Assembly: GCA_036836235.1 (NCBI GenBank)
Contig: DAITKN010000001.1
Coordinates: forward strand, 1 to 58,706
Reading direction: 5' to 3'
DNA length: 58,706 nt
DNA from: Gaiellaceae bacterium
GTDB taxonomy: Bacteria; Actinomycetota; Thermoleophilia; Gaiellales; Gaiellaceae
Shown: positions 44,660 to 51,912 of the stretch, piece after piece
Position numbering within the stretch: the stretch's first letter is position 1
Layout: the number at the start of each line of letters is the position of its first letter
The notes under the pieces: generated by a model
What the model saw: the letters and a program-made list of their open reading frames with translations, nothing else
Told to the model about the DNA's origin: nothing
Database searches by the model: none
Position numbers and translations under genes: made by a program

Positions 44660-45097
44660 ATGGAGCTGAAGCGGTCGATTGTCAGCCTTCTGAACAAGGC
44701 GTGCACATGCGTTGACGAAGTCGCCTACCGTCCGGCGGTCGTCCGGCTCACGCTCCCGCTGCCACGCTGGTGGAGCTGCCAACTCGCGAAACTCTCGATG
44801 CGCCTTGACGATCGCTGGGGCACGCGTTATTGGGCGGGTGACGCCGCGCCGGCCGCGCCCCAGGGAACCTGCGAGGCATGCGGGCGTCGTGCCGCATGGC
44901 TTGTCGTCGGTGGTCCCCATGAGGACGATGAGGAGCCAGGGGAGTACTTCCTTGCAAGCCGTCCGATTTATCTCTGCGGTTGGTGCCGTCTCGAGACCGA
45001 GCATCCAATGGACAACGAAGGCGACGTGCGCCGGGCACTCGCCGCGGCTCGAGCTCGGAGCATCGCGTGGCGCTGGCGCTGGTCGGCGGCTCGCTGA
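44660..45097 (+). CDS. Hypothetical protein with two CxxC pairs (possible zinc ribbon)
   Basis: 145 aa from ATG 44660, with CEACGRR...CGWCRLE. It ends 10 nt before the attR-like repeat. Confidence 0.45.
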   Translation: MELKRSIVSLLNKACTCVDEVAYRPAVVRLTLPLPRWWSCQLAKLSMRLDDRWGTRYWAGDAAPAAPQGTCEACGRRAAWLVVGGPHEDDEEPGEYFLASRPIYLCGWCRLETEHPMDNEGDVRRALAAARARSIAWRWRWSAAR

Positions 45098-45107
45098 AGG
45101 AACCTTG

Positions 45108-45134
45108 CGCGGGTTCGATTCCCGCCGCCTCCAT
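45108..45134 (+). repeat. attR-like direct repeat (orphan copy of the ssrA 3' end)
   Basis: Identical 27 nt. The upstream sequence does not continue the tmRNA, so this is a fragment and not a gene. Confidence 0.9.
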
Positions 45135-45138
45135 TCTT

Positions 45139-45155
45139 GTTGTCGTTTCGACAAC
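45139..45155 (+). terminator. Hairpin GTTGTCG-TTT-CGACAAC just after the orphan ssrA end (possible ancestral ssrA terminator)
   Basis: A 7-bp perfect stem lies 4 nt after the repeat. The tail is GTGTT, so it is weak as an intrinsic terminator. Confidence 0.35.
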
Positions 45156-45206
45156 GTGTTATGAAAACGCTCGATCAGGCGAGAGCACCGTCGCGCACTG
45201 AAGAGT

Positions 45207-45629
45207 TCATTGGTTGGCGGCGTGCGCGAGCGCCGAGGGCGTCTGGCGGCCGACGATCGCCGGGGCCTCGTGGACGAGCTCGTCGTTCTCAAGGGCCTCC
45301 ACCATGAACAGGGCAAAGTCCACGCGGCGCGTGATGTTGCTCTCGAGAATGGGGTCGCCCACGTGCCGGCTCCACACGGGCAGGCCCTGACTCTCGCCCT
45401 CCTCGAGGTCGCTGCCGCGCACGACGGTCCACCGCGTGTCGCTGGCGAACACCCGCCGGCACGCCTCCACCTGGTCGTCGAGGTCGGCGAAGCGAGCGAG
45501 ACGCGCGAGCGGGCCGAAGACCTTCACGATCGCCTTGAGCTTCCACGAATACACGTCCTGGCCGTCGCGCGTGATGTGCCACCCGGACGAGAACACGAGG
45601 CGCGCGCCCGGAGGCGCGTGGTCGAGCAC
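45207..45629 (-). pseudogene. 5'-truncated NAD(P)H-binding (atypical SDR / NmrA-like) gene fragment
   Basis: The ORF encodes only the C-terminal two-thirds (..GTAQAVLDHAPPGARLVFSSG...TVVRGSDL...RVDFALFMVEAL). The same frame hits a stop 26 codons upstream of the annotated Met. I found no GxxGxxG Rossmann segment in any frame upstream. Confidence 0.55.
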
Positions 45630-45852
45630 CGCCTGGGCCGTTCCCGTCGAGTACCCGTGGAGCGATGAGGCTGCGAGAGCGCTGGAGCGGGTGGAAGCGG
45701 GAGCCGTTCACGAGCGACAGCCGCAAGCACGTGTCCGTCTGGGAAAAGCCGGCGGTCTAGGCCGCATCGTCGGGGGCATTACCGAAACGCTGGCCCAGCC
45801 AGCAACCCCCGCCCCTTGGCAGCATCCGTGGATCTGCCGATCGTTTCGTTGC

Positions 45853-46017
45853 TTACGAGCGGTCGGTGTCTGAGCGACGAAGGAGCCGCGCGAGCAGCGA
45901 CCGGCGAGCCGGAGTCTCTCGCGCCGCCTGCTCGCGTCGCAGATCGGCGTTCGCCCATGCGCGCTCGCGCATTCGGCGAGTGGCATAGCGGGGCTTCCAG
46001 ATAACCGGCTTGGGCAT
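45853..46017 (-). CDS. Small basic hypothetical protein downstream of the RidA gene
   Basis: 54 aa from ATG 46017 (MPKPVIWKPRYATRRMRERAW...), 10 nt after the RidA stop. No family recognised. Confidence 0.25.
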   Translation of the reverse strand: MPKPVIWKPRYATRRMRERAWANADLRREQAARETPARRSLLARLLRRSDTDRS

Positions 46018-46027
46018 GGTCCCGAGC

Positions 46028-46492
46028 CTACCCCGAGACCGCGACGATCGCGTCAACGATGATCGGAACGTTCAGAGGCGATGGCCCCTGGCCTGGTGCG
46101 GAACGCGCATGATGGCCCGCCTCGCCCCAGACCTCAATGATCAGGTCGCTAAAGCCGTTGACGATCTTCGCGTTGTCGTGGAAATCAGGCGCGGTCTGCA
46201 CATACCCGACGGCCCGCAGCCATTTCGTCACGCGGTCGAGGTCGCCCAACTCCTGCTTGAGGGAAGCGATGATCGAGAGTGCTGTCAGCCGCGCTGCGGT
46301 GTAGCCCTGTTCCACTGTCAGATCGCGACCGACGACGCCCTGGGCAAGGACGGTTGAGCCGTCGATGGGCGGGTGCCCGGCGACATAGGCGACGCCTGCG
46401 TGGATGTTGACCAGCTTGAAGTTCCCGGGAGGATTCATGGGCGCGGGCAACACGAGCCCAAGTTCTGCCAGGCGTCCCTCGATGCCCTTCAC
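46028..46492 (-). CDS. RidA/YjgF/Endoribonuclease L-PSP-family protein
   Basis: 154 aa with the typical pattern L..LGL.LP.P......F..V...G...YVAGH.P, ..A.GYVQTAPDF. and ..HARSAPG.G.SPLNVPI.VDAIV. Confidence 0.75.
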   Translation of the reverse strand: MKGIEGRLAELGLVLPAPMNPPGNFKLVNIHAGVAYVAGHPPIDGSTVLAQGVVGRDLTVEQGYTAARLTALSIIASLKQELGDLDRVTKWLRAVGYVQTAPDFHDNAKIVNGFSDLIIEVWGEAGHHARSAPGQGPSPLNVPIIVDAIVAVSG

Positions 46493-46637
46493 ACCTCAAG
46501 AATAAGTCCTCGACGAGACCGTCCAAGTCGCTGCGGCCTCGACACCAAGCTTCGGGCGGTTCTGGCGCGCTCGCGCGCAGTCCCGGCTTTGCGCGATCAT
46601 TCGTCATGGCCTGTCGACGGTTCCGTCGGGACCGCGC

Positions 46638-47085
46638 GTGACGCTTGCGTCGATCTGTGGACAGACGTGCGGCCTGCCGCTGTTCCTCCACGTCCTCGGC
46701 GCGACGATCCTCATCGGCGGCATATCTGCAGTGGTGGTCGTTGCGGTGGCGGCGCTCCGGTACCCGGACCATGCGGCGCTGCTGCGACGAATCGCCTTCC
46801 GGACAACGCTGATCGTCGTGTGGCCCGCGTTCATCGCGACAGTGGCGGGAGGGCACTGGACTCTGTCGAGGGAGCACCTCGCCGATAACCGGACGCCGCC
46901 CGGCTGGGCGCTGGTCGGCATCGCCGTCACCGACGTGGGCGTCATCGTCGTGATCGTGCTCACGGTTTTCGCCTGGCTTGCGCTCCGGCGGCCGCATGGG
47001 CCGAGCTGTGGCGGCGCTCGCCGGGCTCTATCTCGGAGCGCTCTTGGTCACGCTTTGGGCAATGACCACGAAGCCGGGGTCTTAG
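46638..47085 (+). pseudogene. Polytopic membrane protein, apparently frameshifted near 46985-46996
   Basis: Frame 0 gives four good TM segments up to ...VFAWLALRRP, then turns Arg/Gly-rich. Frame +1 from about 46996 gives a clean TM segment GRAVAALAGLYLGALLVTLWAMTTKPGS* ending at 47085. Confidence 0.45.
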
Positions 47086-47398
47086 AACTCCCACCTTGTT
47101 GCGATGCAAGACGTGGCCCTGCCACCTCAGTCCGCGCAGGAGCCGGGGACCGGCTACGGAACAGTGGAGCCACCTACGCCGAAAGGGGGCCAGCGCTCAG
47201 CATTCTCGTGATCATCTTGATCGTCATCGTCGTGCTCGCGGTACTTGGATTTTTCGGCCGCGGACGCTTCTAGATGGCACGGGGGAGAGGCCGATCGTCC
47301 CGGTCGGTCTCATCCCCCTCTAACGCGATTCTGGCTCGGAGCCGCTGCGCTTGACCCCGGCCGGGTGCCAACTTCGCGATGCGGGTAGGCTGGATTTG

Positions 47399-48289
47399 AT
47401 GGATCGGCGCCGCTTGCTCGCGCTTGCCTCCGGCGCCGTGGTGCTCGCGGGTGCGGGTCTGGTCGCGCGGCCGTCCCAGGCGAACGTCAGCGCGGCATGT
47501 TCGGCGAACGAGGCCGGCACGCTCAGGAACGTCCCCCGCGCGATCGTGCCGATCGGCGTGAGCGCCGTTCGCAGCTTTACCGTCAGTGCTCCTGACGAGG
47601 TTCCCTTGTCGAGCATCCAGCTCTCCGCGCCGCCGGACTACAAGGCCCAGCAGATCGCCGGCAACCAGGCGGCCGTCATTCGCTTCACTGCTCCGCGGGC
47701 GGGCCCGTTCGTCGTCCAGGCGACCTGGACCGTCCAGTCCAGCGAAGGGACGTGCACCGCGTCCGGCAGCTCGACGCTCAACGCCGCCGCCGGCACGCCG
47801 ATCACGGTCAAGCCCCCTCCGACGCGCAAGTTCCCCGGAGTGAAGACCATCCAGTACGACCGTCCCCTGCTGTGGACGTGGGCGTGCAGCGCCGACTCGG
47901 ACCCGACTCCGATGGTGGCGACGATCCGGTGGGAGGTCGATTACCGCCAGCTGCCGCTCTTCTCGAAGGGCGGCAAGCCGCCGTTCAAGTTCACGAAGCG
48001 AGCCAAGGCGTTCGTCGTGCAAGCGGGTGACTCGTGCGACGCCCGGCAGGTGGGACTCGTCCGCAAGGCGCTGCCGAAAGGCTCGTCGCTGCAGGTCACG
48101 CTTGGTGCGGGCGGCTTCCGCGTCGACCTGAAGGGTGGTTTCGTCAATCCGAACGGCAACAAGGCGCCGTTCCACCTCGGGGTCACGCTCAAGCAGGGCT
48201 CGCGGACGCTCCTCGACCGGAAACTCTGCGCGTGGTACCAGTCCAGCTTCCTCGTCGCAGACCGCGCGGGGATCAGCTGCTGGTGGTGA
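47399..48289 (+). CDS. Secreted hypothetical protein with a twin-arginine-like signal
   Basis: MDRRRLLALASGAVVLAGAGLVARPSQA followed by a Cys-containing beta-rich sequence. No domain recognised. Confidence 0.55.
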   Translation: MDRRRLLALASGAVVLAGAGLVARPSQANVSAACSANEAGTLRNVPRAIVPIGVSAVRSFTVSAPDEVPLSSIQLSAPPDYKAQQIAGNQAAVIRFTAPRAGPFVVQATWTVQSSEGTCTASGSSTLNAAAGTPITVKPPPTRKFPGVKTIQYDRPLLWTWACSADSDPTPMVATIRWEVDYRQLPLFSKGGKPPFKFTKRAKAFVVQAGDSCDARQVGLVRKALPKGSSLQVTLGAGGFRVDLKGGFVNPNGNKAPFHLGVTLKQGSRTLLDRKLCAWYQSSFLVADRAGISCWW

Positions 48290-48292
48290 CGA

Positions 48293-48625
48293 TCAGATGT
48301 CTTCGGCCCAGCGGCGGTTGCGCTCGAAGTCCCAGCAACCGAAGCTGAAGATCGCCGCGGCGGCCAGGACGGCTGCGCCGAAGACTGACGGATAGAACCA
48401 GCGCCCGACGCCGAAGCCGAGGATCGTGAGCATGGTCAGCGTCGTCCAGACCCAGAGGAACGCGATCATCAGGCCGCACGCGGCAGACGCGAGCAGCAGC
48501 TCCAGCTTTCCGCCGTTGCCGACCCTCGGGATCAGCAAGTCCTGCTGCGAGATGTCGCGCTCGCTCTTGTCGGGGCGGACATTGCGGTCGAGCGACGCAC
48601 GATCCCAGCCCTTGGCCATGGCCAT
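48293..48625 (-). CDS. Small two-TM membrane protein
   Basis: 110 aa from ATG 48625 (MAMAKGWDRASL...), with two hydrophobic helices. It follows the upstream minus-strand gene by 8 nt. Confidence 0.45.
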   Translation of the reverse strand: MAMAKGWDRASLDRNVRPDKSERDISQQDLLIPRVGNGGKLELLLASAACGLMIAFLWVWTTLTMLTILGFGVGRWFYPSVFGAAVLAAAAIFSFGCWDFERNRRWAEDI

Positions 48626-48633
48626 GGCGTAGC

Positions 48634-49338
48634 TCAGGCGCTTTGAGCCGCTCCCCGGCGCGGGGTCGCACGGAAGAGGACGACCGACGTCCCGATCATC
48701 CAGATCCAGAAGCCGAAGGTAGGCGGTCCGTTGAGGATGCCGCCCACAGTGTGGAAGCTTCCGGTCGCTCCCTGCGCGGACGCGGCAACGATCCCGCCGC
48801 AGATCACGAGCGCCCCCGCGACGAGGCCGAGCCATGTCAGCCAGCGCGGGAAGAGCCTTGACAGGTGCATCGCCAGCGAGCCGGCGACCATGCAGACGCC
48901 GATCGGCGCCCAGATCATGTCGAACAGGATCGTGCCCGCCGTGTCGAGCGCGACGATCGCGCTCGCGGCGCCGTGCGCATGCGCGAGCCAAGCTCCGGAG
49001 GTCACGAGCGCGTAGTCGATCACCTCGATCGCGACGCTCACGGCCATCGCCGCGACGGCGAACGTGGCCAGCGGGAGCTCCCGGCGGGTGTCGCGGAACG
49101 CGTCGCGCAGGCCGATCGCGAACAGGATGCGGCCCAGCAGCACGAAGCTGAGCCAGCCGGCGGCGAAGGCCATCCGCTGAGGGTGGGTGTACTCCGCGAC
49201 GATCGCCGCGGGATCGACCCCGAGCTTGTCGGTCGGTACCGACGGAATGAACGGGATCGCGATCCACTCCGCGAAGTACATGAGGGTCCCGAGCAGTGCG
49301 AGCCGATTGCCGACGAGCTGGTCACGTCTGGACGTCAC
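48634..49338 (-). CDS. Polytopic membrane protein (6 TM, unknown family)
   Basis: 234 aa of hydrophobic segments with normal composition. The overlapping 324-aa and 755-aa ORFs in other frames are Arg-rich artefacts. Confidence 0.55.
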   Translation of the reverse strand: MTSRRDQLVGNRLALLGTLMYFAEWIAIPFIPSVPTDKLGVDPAAIVAEYTHPQRMAFAAGWLSFVLLGRILFAIGLRDAFRDTRRELPLATFAVAAMAVSVAIEVIDYALVTSGAWLAHAHGAASAIVALDTAGTILFDMIWAPIGVCMVAGSLAMHLSRLFPRWLTWLGLVAGALVICGGIVAASAQGATGSFHTVGGILNGPPTFGFWIWMIGTSVVLFRATPRRGAAQSA

Positions 49339-49378
49339 GTGTTCCTCCGAAAGAGTGTTTCTGCGAACGTACCGTGTG

Positions 49379-50401
49379 ATGTACGCCGCCGCCGACGACC
49401 GTTACGGGCGGATGCAGTACAGGCGGTGCGGCCGGAGCGGCTTGAAGCTCCCCGCGATCTCGCTCGGCCTCTGGCACAACTTCGGGCACGACCGGCCGCT
49501 CGAGACCAGTCGTGCGATCGTCAGGCGGGCTTTCGACCTCGGGATCACGCATTTCGACCTCGCGAACAACTACGGCCCTCCCTACGGCTCCGCGGAGGAG
49601 AACTTCGGCCGCCTCATGCGTACGGACCTCGCTCCGTACCGCGACGAGCTCGTGATCTCGACGAAGGCGGGGTACGACATGTGGGCGGGCCCGTACGGGG
49701 AGTGGGGCTCCCGCAAGTACCTGCTCGCGAGCCTCGACCAGTCGCTCGGGCGTATGGGCCTGGACTACGTCGACATCTTCTACTCGCATCGCTTCGATCC
49801 CGAGGCGCCGCTCGAAGAGACGATGGGGGCTCTGCACACCGCCGTCCTGCAGGGCAAGGCTCTGTACGTCGGCGTCTCGTCGTACTCGGCGCAGAAGACG
49901 CGGGAGGCGGCGGCGATCCTGCGGAGTCTCGGCACGCCGCTCCTCATCCACCAGCCCTCGTACTCGATGCTGAACCGCTGGATCGAGGAGGAGCTGCTCG
50001 ACGTGCTGGCCGACGAAGGCGTCGGCTGCATCGGCTTCTCGCCGCTCGCGCAGGGGATGCTCACGGACAAGTATCTGGACGGGATTCCCGAGGGCTCGCG
50101 GGCGACGCAGGGCGACTCGCTCTCGCGAGATCTGATCACCGACGAGACGCTGGAGAAGATCCGCGCCCTGAACGAGCTGGCCTCGCGGCGCGGCCAGGCG
50201 CTTGCGCAAATGGCACTCGCGTGGACGCTGCGCGACCCGCGCATGACCTCGACGCTCGTCGGGGCGAGCAGCGTCCCTCAGCTGGAGGCGAACGTCGGTG
50301 CGCTCGACCGCCTGGAGTTCACCGCCGAGGAGCTCGCGGAGATCGACCGCCACGCGACCGAGAGCGGCATCAACCTCTGGGCTCGCTCGAGCAGCGAGTG
50401 A
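49379..50401 (+). CDS. gpr: Aldo/keto reductase, L-glyceraldehyde-3-phosphate reductase (YghZ/Gpr) type
   Basis: It is near-collinear with my recollection of E. coli YghZ (MQYRRCGRSGLKLPAISLGLWHNFG, GITHFDLANNYGPPYGSAEENFG, STKAGYDMW, LLIHQPSY). Confidence 0.85.
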   Translation: MYAAADDRYGRMQYRRCGRSGLKLPAISLGLWHNFGHDRPLETSRAIVRRAFDLGITHFDLANNYGPPYGSAEENFGRLMRTDLAPYRDELVISTKAGYDMWAGPYGEWGSRKYLLASLDQSLGRMGLDYVDIFYSHRFDPEAPLEETMGALHTAVLQGKALYVGVSSYSAQKTREAAAILRSLGTPLLIHQPSYSMLNRWIEEELLDVLADEGVGCIGFSPLAQGMLTDKYLDGIPEGSRATQGDSLSRDLITDETLEKIRALNELASRRGQALAQMALAWTLRDPRMTSTLVGASSVPQLEANVGALDRLEFTAEELAEIDRHATESGINLWARSSSE

Positions 50402-51132
50402 TGTACGTCGAGGAGGTGCCGGGCCGCGAGCCGCCGGTCGTGCTTCTCCACCACGGCGCCAACTCTTTGCGCGGCTGGGATCCGTTCGTGCCGGAGATTG
50501 CCGGCGGGCGCCGGCTGGTCGCCTACGACCGGCGCGGGTTCGGGTCGTCTCCCCGGGACGCCGTCTTCGACGCCGGGCTGTTCGACCGCGACGCCGACGA
50601 CCTGGCCGAGCTGCTGCGCGAGCGCGACGCGACGCCCGCGCATCTGGTCGGTTTCAGCGACGGGGCCACCGTGGCGCTCGTTGCGGCCGTGCGCCATCCG
50701 GAGCTCGTCGTGAGCGTGACGGCGATTGGAAACCACATCCGCCTGGACCGCGCGACGCACGAGCTGCTGCTCGACGGCGGGCCGGAGCTCGCGCCAGAGC
50801 GGCACGCGGAGTACCGCGAGCGACACGGGGAGGACTGGGAACAGGTCTTCCTCAGCTGGTACGACCTCTGGACGCAGCGCCTCGCCGACTGGGACATCGA
50901 GGAGTCGCTCCGCGTGATCAGCGCCCCGGTGCTCGTCGTTCACGATCGCAACGACCCGCTCTCGCCGCGCGAGCACGCGGAGGGCGTGATCCGGAGCATC
51001 CCGCACGCGAAGCTGTCTTGGTACGACACCGGCAGGCACGGGCCGCACTACGTCGAGCGCGAGCGCTTCGACGCCGAGCTCGAGGCTCACCTCCGGGCAG
51101 CCGAGTCGCCCTCGATACTTCTCGATCTGTGA
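50401..51132 (+). CDS. Alpha/beta-fold hydrolase
   Basis: 243 aa with HG-type oxyanion LLHHGAN, nucleophile elbow GFSDGA, and a late HDRNDP / GRHGPH acid/His region. It has an ATGA-type overlap with gpr. Confidence 0.75.
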   Translation: MYVEEVPGREPPVVLLHHGANSLRGWDPFVPEIAGGRRLVAYDRRGFGSSPRDAVFDAGLFDRDADDLAELLRERDATPAHLVGFSDGATVALVAAVRHPELVVSVTAIGNHIRLDRATHELLLDGGPELAPERHAEYRERHGEDWEQVFLSWYDLWTQRLADWDIEESLRVISAPVLVVHDRNDPLSPREHAEGVIRSIPHAKLSWYDTGRHGPHYVERERFDAELEAHLRAAESPSILLDL

Positions 51133-51731
51133 CCCCCAAGCGCTGCGACTGGGTGCCGGAGGACAATCCGCTCTACGTCGACTACCACGACACGGAGTGG
51201 GGTGTCCCGACGCATGACGACCGCGAGCTCTTCGAGCTCCTGACCCTCGAAGGCGCCCAGGCGGGTCTGGCCTGGATCACGATCCTTCGCAAGCGCGAGG
51301 GCTACCGCGAGGCGTTCGCCGGCTTCGACCCGGCCGCCGTCGCGCGCTTCACGCCCCGCGACGTCGAGCGGCTCATGGACGACGCGGGCATCGTCCGCAA
51401 CCGGCTCAAGATCGAGTCGGCGGTGAACAACGCCGCACGTGTCCTGGAAGTGCAGGAGGAGCTCGGCAGCCTCGCCGCCTACCTCTGGAGCTTCGTCGAG
51501 GGAACGCCGATCGTCGGGACCTGGCTCACGAGCGCCGACGTCCCGGCCGAGACCGCCGAGTCGCGGGCGCTGAGCAAGGATCTGAAGCGCCGCAGCTTCC
51601 GCTTCGTCGGTCCGACGGTCTGCTACGCGTTCATGCAGGCGACCGGGCTCGTCGACGACCACGCAGTCGGCTGTTTCCGTCGCGGGGCGGTCAGCTACTC
51701 GAACCGCGAGTCGGCTCCACCGCAGAGCTGA
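51129..51731 (+). CDS. tag: DNA-3-methyladenine glycosylase I
   Basis: RCDWVPEDNPLYVDYHDTEWGVP, LEGAQAGLAWITILRKRE and YAFMQATGLVDDH match the Tag family. GTG 51129 overlaps the upstream stop. Confidence 0.9.
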   Translation: MTPKRCDWVPEDNPLYVDYHDTEWGVPTHDDRELFELLTLEGAQAGLAWITILRKREGYREAFAGFDPAAVARFTPRDVERLMDDAGIVRNRLKIESAVNNAARVLEVQEELGSLAAYLWSFVEGTPIVGTWLTSADVPAETAESRALSKDLKRRSFRFVGPTVCYAFMQATGLVDDHAVGCFRRGAVSYSNRESAPPQS

Positions 51732-51840
51732 CGCGTCCCCAGCGGCGGAACGTCTCTGCAGCAGCGCCGAGACCGCCGATCCAGCGGAAGGCGAGGAACG
51801 CGACGAGGTACAACGCGAGCGGGGAGATCCACCAGGGCAA
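51691..51840 (-). CDS. Possible small membrane peptide (49 aa) with a strong Shine-Dalgarno
   Basis: On the minus strand, AAGGAGGG is followed 4 nt later by TTG, then PWWISPLALYLVAFLAFRWIGGLG.... It overlaps the tag 3' end convergently by 41 nt. Confidence 0.25.
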   Translation of the reverse strand: MPWWISPLALYLVAFLAFRWIGGLGAAAETFRRWGRVSSAVEPTRGSSS

Positions 51841-51912
51841 AGGACCCTCCTTCTGCGAGCAAGGGTACCGAGCCTTGACACGCCGGACAGCACGGTTCAG
51901 CCTCGGCGCAAG

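Larger units (their letters stand above)
43424..45134 (+). mobile_element. Small integrated element in ssrA, flanked by 27-bp direct repeats, with no integrase
   Basis: It has perfect direct repeats of the ssrA 3' end, AT-richer content by eye, its own terminator after ssrA, an excisionase-like HTH gene, and two orphan ORFs. Confidence 0.7.

Noticed and set aside
45100-45140. Possible tRNA or second tmRNA gene, because of a GGTTCGATTCCC T-arm
   Set aside because: Only the 27-nt 3' fragment is present. The upstream sequence is the end of a protein ORF and cannot form D or anticodon arms or a tmRNA body. It is interpreted as attR.
43450-47300. Search for an integrase, transposase or other recombinase near ssrA
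   Set aside because: No ORF in any frame shows tyrosine-recombinase (R..H..R..Y), serine-recombinase or DDE-like features that I can recognise. The absence is therefore reported as part of the finding rather than as a feature.
48865-51132. 755-aa plus-strand ORF covering 48.9-51.1 kb
   Set aside because: Only the last 243 codons (alpha/beta hydrolase from ATG 50401) are protein-like. Upstream it runs antisense to a membrane-protein gene and out of frame with gpr.
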